DNA from: Nemertoderma westbladi
Lineage: Eukaryota; Animalia; Xenacoelomorpha
NCBI GenBank assembly: GCA_032718475.1
Contig: JAUCBJ010007733.1
Coordinates: 1 to 49,473, forward strand
Direction of reading: 5' to 3'
DNA length: 49,473 nt
Every line of letters begins with the position of its first letter. The stretch's first letter is position 1. The position numbers and the translations under genes were made by a program. Below, piece after piece: positions 23,947 to 35,449 of the stretch. A model generated the notes under the pieces. That model had not been told where the DNA came from and ran no database searches. It saw nothing but the letters and a program-made list of their open reading frames with translations.

Positions 23947-26571
23947 CTATATTGTTCGACTTCGATGTTGGTTGGTTGGTCGCCTGGCGTTGATATTTAT
24001 CGATTCTATCAAGTGGATGGGGTCGATCGTCGCCCCATAATCGCATCCTGGTGCTATCGCAGCTATCTTGCACCGCCCCGTCCTCATCTCCAGGACCTCA
24101 TCCTTACTTGAGACGGTAGTTACCGCCATCCTATTCGGCCTCGTCTTTAGCCCTATCTCTTCGGCCACCCAATTCTCCACCAGCGTGAAGGCTGCTCCGC
24201 TGTCGACCAGCATTAATGTCGTGACTGATCGACCACCCTCTCCTGATATCTTCTCTGGTACTACCCCAAGTAGTACTTTCCTCTTTCTTCTTACTGCTGT
24301 CATGCTTGTAGCCATGGTTTGGCCTCCAGTCTCACTCTCTCCTATTGCTGTTTCTCTACACTCTCCGGATCTGTGTCCTTCTACCATGCATCGATGACAT
24401 AGTCCGTTTGTGTCTGTGTAGGCTATATGATCTTGTTTGGGCAACGCTTGCCAGTGCTTACAACTCATGGTCTTATGGGTTCCGTCCCGATGTAATTGAC
24501 ATTCGAATCCTGGATTATTGCGTTCCCTGTATAGTCCCTCACGTATCGCGCGTAGGTTTATATCCACCAATTTAGTGTTTTGGTTGTCTGTACTCGGCCT
24601 ACTGGGTATATTGGGATTATGTTTATTTGTGTTGTTATTTTCTTTCTGTCCCTGCCATGGTGTGGCCCTACTCCCAGCTAACTGTGGGCTTGTAGCCCCC
24701 TGTGTGGCCGCGTGTGGTAGCGACTGTCTTACTCTCGGGAATGGATCTGCAGGATTGTGTTCGGGTTTAGGCCTGTTGTATTCGGTCTTTGGCGCCTTCC
24801 CCAAACTATCCTCACTATAGACTGGGTCTGTAATCAACTCGGCTTCGTTGTTGAGGAAGTTTGACATTTCCTCTAGCCCTGGCTCCGCACCTATCTTCTC
24901 CCGAGTGGAGAAGGCGATCTTCCTCCACTTGCTCCGCAGGCAGATCGGCAGTGCCTGCGCTATCGTGGTGATGTTATTAGATGCATTGAGTTCGTTTGGC
25001 GTGTCTAGCGTCTTCAGTATGATTAACGCCTTCTCGACTTTGTTCGCAAAAGTCTTTATGCTAACGGGGTTATCCTGTAGGCCACCCGATGTTATACCCC
25101 TCAGGGTTTGCCGGATGATCTTGGCTGGGTGCCCGTACTCCCTGTCTAGCGCCCGCCATGCTGTCGTGAAGCCGCCCTCGATGCCCTGGTACTGCCTCAC
25201 GATGTCGTATGCTGGGCCTCCTGTATACACTTGTAGATATTTTAGGCACTCCGCCTGCGTCAAGTTCTTACTTAATATCTCGTTGCTGTACATGCGCCGA
25301 AATTGCAGGAATTCTTCCGGCCTACTTCCCTCGAATTTAAATGGCTCGTCTGGTGGTAACTCGATCCTGGTCTTTAGTGCATCGATTAGCGTCGCCATTC
25401 CCATTGCCTGTGCTTCCAATGGGTTCGAGGGATGTTGTACAGATTCTCCTGTTGGTTGTGGTCCGCCCGTCCTGTCTGTTGACCTAACTTGTGTCGGATA
25501 TATCATTGGGGGTAACGGCCCCCTCCATATTTCCGTGTCACACGACCTGTTCTCGTCCAGGGGGTTCGATGTTCTCATTGATGTTCGAGTATATTGTTGA
25601 TATTGTAATGGGGGAATGTCACATGTCACCCTGCCCCCCCCCCCCCCCCCCACCGGTATTATATTTGGTACTGGGGTTGATGTTAATATATTGGGGCCCA
25701 TACACCTATCTGCAATAACTCTCCCCTCCCCTGGATATATGTTATGTCCCTGGATATTATAGTCATGCTGCTGTGCTGGTACCGATATAGGCCTATCCAC
25801 TTCTTGCCTACCTACTGGCATGTACTCCGCGACTTCCGGATCTAATCCCGTCGTTCGCGCTATCCTATCGCCTACACTATCTCTCCCAGCATGGCCTATA
25901 ATAGTATGTTCAGTAAGGCCTACAGTATGTCCTGCAGTCTGCATGTGCCCTTCCGAACCGAAGTTTATTCTTCTTGAATCTCGAATCTCCCCGCGACTAC
26001 CGTACTCTCGATCGGCAGCTATATCCCGTCGGGAAGTTTCTCTTCGATCCCCTCTCCTGTTCTCGTCTTCGTATCGGTACATCCTGTACCCCTCTCCTGG
26101 CGTGTGGTGCGTTTCTCCGGGGCGACGGCAATCTCCCGAAGTTCGACCCCACTGACTCCCTAACTCCATCTCTACTACCGACGGCTCGCTATCCGTCCTT
26201 GCTCTCCGGTTGCTCCCAGCAACGATTCTTCTATTATTATCTTCACTTCTTCTCTCTTCGACCTCCCAGTTAAACTCTACTACTCTTCTTCTCTCTTCGA
26301 CCTCTCGGTTAAACTCTACTAATCTTCCTCTCTCCTCCGACTGACATTTTCTCGCTCGCCCACTCTCGGCGCTAACATCTGACTCTACTCTGTCCGGCTG
26401 GACCCTCCTGGGGATACTCGCCATCCCCCTACTATTCTCCGCCATCGGGTGCCGTGGTTCACCTAACTTGCCCCGCGCATTATCTGTCGACGCCTGTGGG
26501 ACATTCTCTACCCCCCCCCCCCCTCTCTCGCCACTAATCTTCCGTGGTGGGGCGCCTGTAGCCCCCCCCAC
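23947..26571 (-). CDS. BEL/Pao Gag-protease (874 aa open segment; N-terminal parts frameshifted up to ~28616)
   Basis: F.G...F..F motif, YL..YT.GPA, YG.P, LP..LR.KW, Cys/His knuckles (CQLHRDGTHKTMSC, CHRCMVEGHRSGEC) and aspartic protease LVDSGA. Confidence 0.88.
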   Translation of the reverse strand: MGGATGAPPRKISGERGGGGVENVPQASTDNARGKLGEPRHPMAENSRGMASIPRRVQPDRVESDVSAESGRARKCQSEERGRLVEFNREVEERRRVVEFNWEVEERRSEDNNRRIVAGSNRRARTDSEPSVVEMELGSQWGRTSGDCRRPGETHHTPGEGYRMYRYEDENRRGDRRETSRRDIAADREYGSRGEIRDSRRINFGSEGHMQTAGHTVGLTEHTIIGHAGRDSVGDRIARTTGLDPEVAEYMPVGRQEVDRPISVPAQQHDYNIQGHNIYPGEGRVIADRCMGPNILTSTPVPNIIPVGGGGGGRVTCDIPPLQYQQYTRTSMRTSNPLDENRSCDTEIWRGPLPPMIYPTQVRSTDRTGGPQPTGESVQHPSNPLEAQAMGMATLIDALKTRIELPPDEPFKFEGSRPEEFLQFRRMYSNEILSKNLTQAECLKYLQVYTGGPAYDIVRQYQGIEGGFTTAWRALDREYGHPAKIIRQTLRGITSGGLQDNPVSIKTFANKVEKALIILKTLDTPNELNASNNITTIAQALPICLRSKWRKIAFSTREKIGAEPGLEEMSNFLNNEAELITDPVYSEDSLGKAPKTEYNRPKPEHNPADPFPRVRQSLPHAATQGATSPQLAGSRATPWQGQKENNNTNKHNPNIPSRPSTDNQNTKLVDINLRAIREGLYRERNNPGFECQLHRDGTHKTMSCKHWQALPKQDHIAYTDTNGLCHRCMVEGHRSGECRETAIGESETGGQTMATSMTAVRRKRKVLLGVVPEKISGEGGRSVTTLMLVDSGAAFTLVENWVAEEIGLKTRPNRMAVTTVSSKDEVLEMRTGRCKIAAIAPGCDYGATIDPIHLIESININARRPTNQHRSRTI

Positions 26572-28792
26572 CCGCTACTTCTAACTTCACTATCTCTTAC
26601 TTCACTTCTATGCCCCCCTTGTGGGGCATTCTCTGCCCCCCCCCCCCCTCTCTCGCCACTAATCTTCCGTGGTGGGGCGCCCATAGCCCCCCCCCCCCCC
26701 ACTCGCCACTTCTAACTTCACTACCTCTTACTTCGCTTCTACGCCCCTCTCTAGTCGATGCACTGTCTCTACTGCAGCTGGGTCTACTCACCCCCGCCTC
26801 TCCCTGTGCAACTGCGTGGCCTGGCAGGCTCCCGTCTGGTTGACTCACCCCCGCTACTCCCTGCCTACAAACTACGTGGCCTACCAGGCCCCCATCGGGG
26901 TCTCTCACCCCCGCTACTCCCTGCGCACTAACTGCGTTGCCTTGCAGGCTCTCGTTGGCCGGACTACCTGTGTCTACATTAGTATTAATAGCGCCGTTTC
27001 AATATTATTGTTTAAGTTATTTAAATTAGAATTATTATTATTTTCTAAATTTAAATTATTATTCGAATTATTTTCTATATTTGAATTTAAATTATTATTC
27101 GAATTATTTTCTATATTTGAATTTAAATTATTATTTAGATTATTTTGAATATTTGAATTAGAATTATTCGGATTATTTAAATTAGTATTATTATTTGAAT
27201 TATTTGTATTTAAATTTAAATTACTACTACTAGGTAAAATATATCCTGCAATAAAAGTTTGATTAGGGTTATCTACTATGGTACTATTAATATTAATATC
27301 TTCTAACGTATTATTATTACCCCCCCCCCCCCCCCACCCGCACGGCTACACCACTTCTGGCTCCTCGTAAACACTACCCGAGCCAGCCTCAATCTCTGAT
27401 AGTCCCAACTGCGCCAGTTCTAGTCGGCGCTTCTGCTTGGCCTGATACTGCATAAGCCCCCTTAGCCGGGCATGCATATCATCCCGCATACGCTTTCGGC
27501 CAACTCTGCCTCCCTTGCAATCCTCTCAAGCCGCCTCGCGGCCGTGTGGCCTCGCTCCGCCTCACGCTCTTTACGCTCACTCGCCTCTCTCACCTCTCGC
27601 TCTCTACGCTCGTTCTCTATTTCCTCTGCCCTCGCTGCCTCTCTCACTTCTCGCTCTTTACACTCATTCTCTATCCTCGTCTCCCGCTCTTTACGCTCAT
27701 TATCTGCTCTCGTTTCTCACTCTTTATGCTCATTCTCTGTTCTCGTGTCTCGCACTTTACACTCATTCTCTATTTCTGCCTCCCGTTCCTCGCATTCCTC
27801 TGCCTCTCTCGCCACTCTCTCGGCCCTCTCTCTACATTCCCTGGCTAGCTCTCTCTCTCTTTCTAACAATGCGGCTCCCTCGCTCAATTGTCTCTCTAGT
27901 TCTTTCTGATCTAGCGCCGCAATGCTCAGCTAACATGCCAGATCTATCTCTAACACCCTTCTTTCTTTCGCCGAGGATGTAGCGGACTTATCGGTCACGA
28001 CGGACTCCCGTCGCCTCTCTGTCCTGCTAACTTTCCCCCGCTCTCCGGGGTTTTTGTTGACCGACGAGACCGGGGTTAACCTCGGATTCGCCCTCCTGCG
28101 GTCCCCTCCAACCCACTAACTTAATTCCCCGGGCATCGACTAAGTATGGCCCTATGTACACTACACCAGGCTCCATACCCCTACATTCCCACAGTTCGAA
28201 CAGTTCGGTGGCGACCCCTCTCGCTCTCTCATTGGCTAGTTCTCCCTGCCCAAAGTGCACTAGATAATCAAAATGTTTATTCGACTCACCTAGCCGCTTC
28301 TCTAACTTCACCTGGTCCATCTTCGCCCCTTCTTTGGCTTCCCTCAGCTGTTTTCTGGTTGCGTTGTAGGCTCGTCGGAGCCGATCGCTGACTCTGACGT
28401 CCTCGTCGCCAACATCCCCTCTTTCTCTCCGTGTTTGGCGTCGTACCGGCAGCCCCACCGTCGCCGTTCCGGTGGGCCGTCCGTCGCCTTCGGCCTGTGG
28501 CCGGCCGGCGACATCGGTACGTCGTCCGCCATCGTGCGTCGACTCGTCCCTCCCTTCTCTCGACTCGCTCGTCCCTCATTGTAGACGGCCCCCCTCCGCT
28601 TGGATTGCCGGATCATCTGTAGTCGACAGATCCAGCGTCGTGGGTCGATACCGTCGCGCCGCAGCCTCGCGGATCGTTAGGTTGTCGTCCGGGGTCCGCA
28701 GCGGTGTCGTCTCTCCCTCTAGATCTTGGGCTTCGCTCATCCTTTAACTTTCTTCTTATCTTTAACACTAGGCCAGCAGGTGACTTTAAGAC

Positions 28793-29396
28793 TGTGACGG
28801 GATCAGGGGATCCCGACCAGTCGGGTTTATGTACGCATCAGCCGCACCGTATGATGGAAAAGATGAAAGTTTGTTGTTCCAATGTTGTTAATAAACTCGG
28901 TAATATATATGGTTATAGTATACAACGATAGCAGATAGCACAGTTGACATTGACCGGTAATATGGTATATGGTTGGTGACGGCGGTGACGGTCTTAAAGT
29001 GTCACCGTTCTGCCCTAAGTGACTGAGCAAACTACTGAGTAAACTGAATGTTATGGGCACTGACCGGTAATATATATCTAATCACCCTACATTACCTTGG
29101 CCCTATTACTCAGCGGATGCCTTTCCTGTCCCCCCATTGGTTGGTAACCTACTTCTCGCCTTCACCTCTGTGGGAGTGCCCCCCCCCCCCCCCCCCCCCC
29201 GCTGCTGTTACTCTCTCTCCTTGAGGTAGCTTGACCTCTAACTTCTATTGTGTGGCTCTTTGGGGCTGTGTATTGTGCCCGTTATTGGGGGTGATACGAG
29301 GTTGATTGGTAATCAACCTCGTACTTCCCAATATTGCTTAAAGGCGCCCTTTCCAACTTTATGGGGGTTGGTGAGGCAGAATTGAATCCGCTCACA
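28793..29396 (-). repeat. 5' LTR (604 bp)
   Basis: Direct repeat of 21423-22015, with sense TATATA near 29077-29069 and an initiator-like TCAGTT near 29047-29042. Confidence 0.97.
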
Positions 29397-29544
29397 GTTT
29401 CACCAACTGCTATAGTTGTGTTTCGGCAACTCATAGTTGCATTTCGGCGAACTGAAGTCGCGTTTCGGCAACTAGGTCACAAACCCTTGTATGTAATGTA
29501 ACTTGTAAAATCTACCTAAAGGGAACAACTTTACCAACTGTTAG

Positions 29545-30474
29545 GTGAATCAGTCTCGGACGCGTTGTTACAACCCGAAGAGGAAGAATAACTATATTGT
29601 CTGGATGGGAAGTTAGAAGCGCTTACTGACTTTCTCCGTAGTTGCGGCGTACCGATCGACGAACCAGAGTTCGTACCGGGAGAAACGGCAGGAGTTATTG
29701 CTACGGAAGGCTCGCGAGCCTACCAAAATCCTCATATGGTTAGATCGTTTGTCAGCAACCAACTGTGCGCTCTCAACCCTTTAGTGATGTCGAAAGAGGG
29801 ATACGTATCCGCGATGCCTCAATACGACGAGTTGTTGGAGGTTCTTCACATATTGCCTCTAGATAGCGGATTTAAAGTCGTGAGGGATTATTTTCTCCAG
29901 ATACACCCGGATAATAAGAACACCTGGAACTTCCAAACCGTGGTGAATCGCATTACCGCTGGAGAGTTCGACAAATTACGAGTCGAACAACGCAACCAAG
30001 GAGCATGGCATACTATCGCTTGGGCTTATCGAAGTGCGTTTTATAACAAGCGAATGACGTCCGGTATACTCGACGCTGAGGCAAGAAACCAAGTTTAAAG
30101 CGACTCCGTTGTCGGATTCGATGCACCATCCTCGAGAGGACGCCCAACACAGTATACTTCGATCCCAGAAGGTGGGACAAGACGTGAAGCGGATAATTAA
30201 TGTGGCGGAGAGGACAACACCCGAATCACAGATCCGGATTACCCGAGATACCGTTGCCCTTCCTAGAGAACCGCGAGGAGGGACAGGATATCCTTTGCCC
30301 GAACCCATGAGGGTTCAGACGACGTCTGAGAGTGAGGTGTCGGCGGATAGTTCGATTCCGCTCCCCGAACTTCCTCAGAGCGTTATAGAAACTCCATGTG
30401 AACCGATTAGACGAATGGACATCTGTGTTATATTATTTGAGATATTATGTTTCGTCTTATTTGAGTTGGTTTAA
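29545..30474 (+). pseudogene. Unrecognised decayed coding-like region
   Basis: The frame of ORF 29736-30098 stays open back to a stop near 29587 and reads as protein-like; ORF 30109-30474 follows. Balanced composition against AT-rich flanks. No family recognised. Confidence 0.35.
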
Positions 30475-31839
30475 TTTGGTGAATTTATTATGTAATTAAA
30501 TGATTATTATGTACATTCTAAGAATATTTGCCTTGATTGTTTATATTATGTGATGTATGATTATGTGATATTATGTGTTGTATTTTATGCACCAAGATTT
30601 GATATTAATTAGATAGTAAAGTTTGTATTTTGTCATATGTATGTAATGAAAGTTTTATATTTACGTATTATTTAGCAATATTTTGATATGCAATACGTTA
30701 TGCAGTAATATTTTATATTTTTTGTCACTATACAGTAGTAGTTATGTTCGTTTTTGAATTGATTAGTATTATTTTCGATTGGTGAATACAGTCCTGTTTT
30801 TACTGTTTTCATGGAGCGGTGTGAAATTATTTCATTTAGATAGCTATTTGTACATTTAATTTGTTTTAAGTAAAAAATTTAAAAATTTCGATATATTTGC
30901 CTTGCTTCTCCGATTTATTTAAAAAACTGTATATTTGCAATATCTAACATATTTTGACATACTTACATCGACTGGTCCAATAGCTCAGTAGGTTAGTCCG
31001 TAATATAAAAATTAAATTAATAAACTTAAAATGTTAGAATATTGGAATAAAACATTTGAATTTGGGCGGTGCGGTCTGTATCGATTTACGTTTAAACTGT
31101 AGCTGTGTGTTAAACTTATATAGTATCGTATCTGCAGCATGCTTCCATAATATATAAAATAACTGAATTTCATCACCATTTTGGTGTAATTTTGTTGTGC
31201 TTAGGTTAGGAGGTAAAGGTCTTTTTTTCTGTTCAATTAATGTGGTTCTGAGCTTGGCTGGCTGCTACATATAAGAGTATGTATGCCAAGGTGCTTGCTA
31301 CCAATGTAGTGCTGAAGACACGGTGAACTTCAAAGAATTCCCTCCCGTAGCTACGTAGCTACTGTAGTAGTTCACAAAGATAATTGGTTTAGCTGCATAG
31401 ACCCGACCCACCTAATATACCAGCAATATACTTTACAAATAGCACCATGGTTGATGCTTTACCGTAACATATAGGTTGGTAGTGGTCTTTCAGTTCAGTT
31501 CAGGTAAAGCAAGGCCATGCATACTGTTCCTACTGTTCCTACAATGTATAGCCAGCCCATAACTCCATACTGCTGATCTACAGTATAATGCCAAGGTGAT
31601 TCGACTGATTCCCCTTCCCGCCTACATGGAGCGCGCCCTTGGGAAGGTTTACAGCGACTTCTTTATCTAGGGAAGATGGTATGGAGATAGAAGGTGTGAA
31701 TGTAGATTCCGTTTGGGGTTAGCGAGTGATGACGGCCTTTGTATGTTTTATCGTACTATCGTAAATAAAAAAAATAAAAAATGTATTTTTATACATTTTT
31801 TTTAAATTTTACTCTTTTTATTTTCACTCTCAAAAAAAA

Positions 31840-31885
31840 TCTATGGTGCGCGGCGCCACGCGCCCCTATTGTGGATCCGCGCCTG
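31840..31885. mobile_element. Single hAT-like terminus (..TGGATCCGCGCCTG)
   Basis: Reverse complement CAGGCGCGGATCCA resembles common hAT/MITE termini and sits exactly at the point where homology to 49241 onward resumes. No partner end was found. Confidence 0.6.
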
Positions 31886-32094
31886 TTTGCTTGGTACTCG
31901 TACGAACCGGTACTATAGCGGTACCGAAAACGAAAATTGTCTTGCCAATACAGAACATTGATTCATAGCCAAGCCCTCATTGGTCTACGCAACCAGCAAC
32001 CAATTAGCACGTACGGTATCGGATAATAAATTACTTTTGGGACGTAAATTGTGTGAAATTATCGGATAGTATTAATTAACCCCGATCAGACGAT

Positions 32095-32245
32095 TGTTAG
32101 GATCTACTATTAACAGGTAAAGCCATGCTACACAGAATATAGGCCATGCCAGTTTATGTAGGCCTGTTACCGTATACTAAGCGTGTTGGAAGTAACTCAT
32201 AACTGATTAGTTTTACATTGCTACATCGGACAGGGATATCCAACA
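32095..32245 (+). repeat. Gypsy 5' LTR
   Basis: TGTT..AACA, identical by eye to 38791-38941. Confidence 0.97.
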
Positions 32246-32772
32246 ATTGGCGCTGCGATGGAAAATATTGAACACATACACGCGGTTACACAAGCAGACA
32301 GGTTTTGAAGTACCTATGCTTACCTACAGCTTCATGTAGGCCTACAACGTAGATTACAGCATTCAGTAATTACAGAAGTTCAGCATTAGGCCTACATGCC
32401 TACAGCCTACGCCGAACTACTAATGCACATACAAATGTCTACAACATACCAGTACCGGTATTTCAGAAATTACGTTTAAATTGAACACGTTATACGCCGT
32501 TGTTCTATAATTCGGACGCCAACCTACCAGGTAAGCAGATTACACTGCAGGTACGGTTACCTACGGGAGTGAAAGGACTGCATTACAGCACTTACAGCAG
32601 TCAATCCGCGAGTTTTAACGATTGCCTACACACTAGGATAAGGCAGTTATCTACAATCTACAATTCTGCAGTAAAGTAGTCAATCTGCGAATTAACTGAA
32701 TACTAAACTGCATACGCCTCTACATACTACCGGTACGTGTTCAATTTCAAAATTCAACTTACACTACAAACT

Positions 32773-33704
32773 ATGGCAGTTTCTACAAAGTATGCCAAAC
32801 TATTCAAGCCTTTTAAAATGTCTACAGACAAATGGCCAGTTTATAAAACCATGCTAGCGGTAATAATTGATTCGACAACTTTCAATAATGACGCAAATTT
32901 AGAAGCTGAAAAGCGTAAATTATTCCTTGCGAATTGTGGCACAGACCTACTCGAAATTGCTATGGATCTAATCTACCCTACAGACATACTTACAGCAAAT
33001 TACACAGATATTATTACAGCAGTGGATACATACTTCAATCATAAAATAAATAAAGAAGCTGAAATACGTAAATTCATCAGATTGCAGCAGAAACAACATG
33101 AAAGCATAGCCGAATTTTCTAAATCAATCAAAGCAGCTTCACGTTACTGTGAATTCGGAGCTACCCTTGATGGTAGACTAAAAGAGCAATTTTTAGCAGG
33201 GGTCAAGGATGAATACATAGCCACAGAGTTAATGAGACAGAAACCAGACACTTTTATTGCAGCTGTTGACATAGCAACAAACTATGAAGAGGCACGAGAA
33301 AATGCAAAGCGTGAGGTGGATGGTATATCAGTAGAGACCCACAAACTACAGTTACAGTCCAGGTACCGCATAAAAGCTAAAGATACAAATACAACGCATA
33401 TTGTGTGTTACCGTTGTAATAGGAATGGACACAAAATTACCACATGCAAATTACCAGATACAGTAAAATGTAATTCCTGTGGGGCTTCAGGGCATATACA
33501 AGCCGCTTGCATGAAAGCAAACAAAAAAACCCCAAATAACATAGGACATTCGCGTCTCAATAAATCGGGTACTACAAACCCATATAAATCTGGAACTACA
33601 AGCCAGAAAATGAAACAATTACAGGTTACAGAAGACAGCGATGTTGATGGGGAAGAGTATGATGACGATTTCATACATTACATGAATCTGGTAACTACAA
33701 TTAC
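32773..33704 (+). pseudogene. Gypsy gag, interrupted at its 3' end by the LINE
   Basis: ATG at 32773; CYRCNRNGHKITTC and CNSCGASGHIQAAC. Removing the LINE and one TSD copy joins it in frame to TVNPINLL..LDSGA. Confidence 0.92.
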
Positions 33705-35437
33705 TACTAGGATCGGCATGCTGCATTGCAGCTGCATTTTTAAGAATGCTGTGCCGGCTTGTCAACAAAATTGCACCGCCACAACTCCCTATCACCCATG
33801 ACATTTGCTAGATCATCCGCATCTTTAAGGCCAGTGTCCTTTAAGATGCGTCTCAAGAAAGTCATGGGCTGTCCACCATGCTTATTCACTCCATGAGGCT
33901 GCCAAAGTACAAGATTATGCACAGGCTGGTCCTCACGGCGAAAGCAATGTCCTGCAAAGCGGAGGCGATTTTGTTCTAGTGTCAAGCTTGGGGGAACCAA
34001 TGAGACACCTCCAATGTTATATAGTGTCTGGTTGGAGATGTGTGCATTGTACTTGACACAATGTACCCGGCGTAGCATTCTTGTGAATGTGCCATCCAGA
34101 GATTTGGTGTCCTCAGCAGTTAGAGCCCAGCATGGACTCCCGTAGAGGAGTACTGGAACTACTGCTGCTCTAAATAATCGGACCTTAAGTTTCCGATTAA
34201 TTCTAGGTGACTTCCAAATCCTGGAAAGCCTATTCAAGGCTGCCCATGCCTTTCCCTTACGTATTCGAAGGTCCTCACCTGACTTCCGGATCCATGATCC
34301 CAGGTAACAGAAGTCGTCCACATGCTCAAGCATACCATCCTTTGAGCTTATGCTCATCCGATCAGAGACTTGCTGAGGACTTTCAAAGTTAACTGTCAGA
34401 ATTTTGGTCTTTCTGGAGTTAATAAAAAGACCAACACTAGAAGCAGCATGTTCTAATGAGCTGAGGAGCCGCTGGGCTCCCTCTAATGATTCTGAGAGTA
34501 CTCCTAAGTCATCAGCAAAGTCTAGATCAGTTAGGTACTTGGCAGGATTTCCTCGACTTCTGGAGCCAGTAGGTGGAGTTATCATCACCCCATCTTCATT
34601 ATGATGATCTAAGGACATGCGTAGAACATAGTCAACCACAATAATGAACAAGAATGGTGCAAGTGTGTCTCCTTGGAGGACGCCCCATAACACTTCAAAT
34701 GGTTCTGTGTCACCGTCAACAGTAGACACAAATGTTGTCGAACCATCGTATACTGATCTGATTGCTGCAATAATTTCATCAGGAATCCCATATAATGAAA
34801 GTATGCTGAACATACGTGAGCGAGAGACTGAATCAAAGGCCTTGAAGAAGTCAACAAAGATAACAGCCAGATGCCTGTCTTTCTTTTTTGATAACTCTTC
34901 AATTATCCTTCTAAGTGCCAAAATGGGCTCCATGGTCCCACGACCTTTACGGAACCCATTCTGATTTCCACGTAGCAGTCTCTCAATGGGATCCCTGATG
35001 CGATTTAATAGAATTCTATTGTATAGTTTTGCAGCAATCGAGATCAATGAGATTCCCCGAAAAGAACCATAGAGTGTTAGGTTGCCCTTCTTGGGAACTG
35101 GCACCAACTTATTTGTTTTCATTTCTTGTGGGACTCTTGTTGTACGGTACATGTCTACTATGATGGGATAGATGAGCTTTAAACACTCAGGTATTTTAAA
35201 GACCTCAGGGGGAACACCATCTACTCCACTGGCACGATTGGTCTTAATGCTCTTTGCAGCAGCCTTCACTTCTGCAAAGGAGATATCGCCAATGGGAATA
35301 TCTGGGAGTACAGACTCAGACACTTTTACTTCTATAAAGTTATCAGGCAATACCCTGTCATTATTGAGGAGCTTTTCAAAGTGGGCTTTCCAACCATTGA
35401 GGCGATCGGCTGGTGATTCAGCCTTAACCTTGGTTAG
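33705..35437 (-). mobile_element. 5'-truncated RTE-like LINE nested in the Gypsy
   Basis: 12-bp TSD AACTACAATTAC (33693-33704, 35438-35449), very short 3' UTR and a (TAG)n-type tail instead of poly(A). Confidence 0.95.
33740..35434 (-). CDS. Non-LTR reverse transcriptase domain (no start codon; endonuclease missing)
   Basis: Uninterrupted frame with PKKG, RGISL, QNGFR, FVDF.KAFDSV, GVLQGD.LAP.LF, FADD and YLGS. Confidence 0.93.
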   Translation of the reverse strand, partial: TKVKAESPADRLNGWKAHFEKLLNNDRVLPDNFIEVKVSESVLPDIPIGDISFAEVKAAAKSIKTNRASGVDGVPPEVFKIPECLKLIYPIIVDMYRTTRVPQEMKTNKLVPVPKKGNLTLYGSFRGISLISIAAKLYNRILLNRIRDPIERLLRGNQNGFRKGRGTMEPILALRRIIEELSKKKDRHLAVIFVDFFKAFDSVSRSRMFSILSLYGIPDEIIAAIRSVYDGSTTFVSTVDGDTEPFEVLWGVLQGDTLAPFLFIIVVDYVLRMSLDHHNEDGVMITPPTGSRSRGNPAKYLTDLDFADDLGVLSESLEGAQRLLSSLEHAASSVGLFINSRKTKILTVNFESPQQVSDRMSISSKDGMLEHVDDFCYLGSWIRKSGEDLRIRKGKAWAALNRLSRIWKSPRINRKLKVRLFRAAVVPVLLYGSPCWALTAEDTKSLDGTFTRMLRRVHCVKYNAHISNQTLYNIGGVSLVPPSLTLEQNRLRFAGHCFRREDQPVHNLVLWQPHGVNKHGGQPMTFLRRILKDTGLKDADDLANVMGDRELWRCNFVDKPAQHS

Positions 35438-35449
35438 AACTACAATTAC

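Larger units (their letters stand above)
21423..29396 (-). mobile_element. Bounded non-autonomous BEL/Pao LTR retrotransposon (gag-protease, no recognisable RT/RNase H/integrase)
   Basis: Direct LTRs with TGT..ACA ends, 5-bp TSD GTTTC (21418-21422, 29397-29401), G-rich PPT next to 22015 on the minus strand, BEL-type Gag. Confidence 0.95.
21347..29486. mobile_element. Small repeat-rich non-autonomous element (TTTCGGCAACT units) split by the BEL insertion
   Basis: TTTCGGCAACT-type units lie on both sides of the BEL element (21359-21408 and 29397-29473). Termini and TSD are not clear. Confidence 0.5.
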
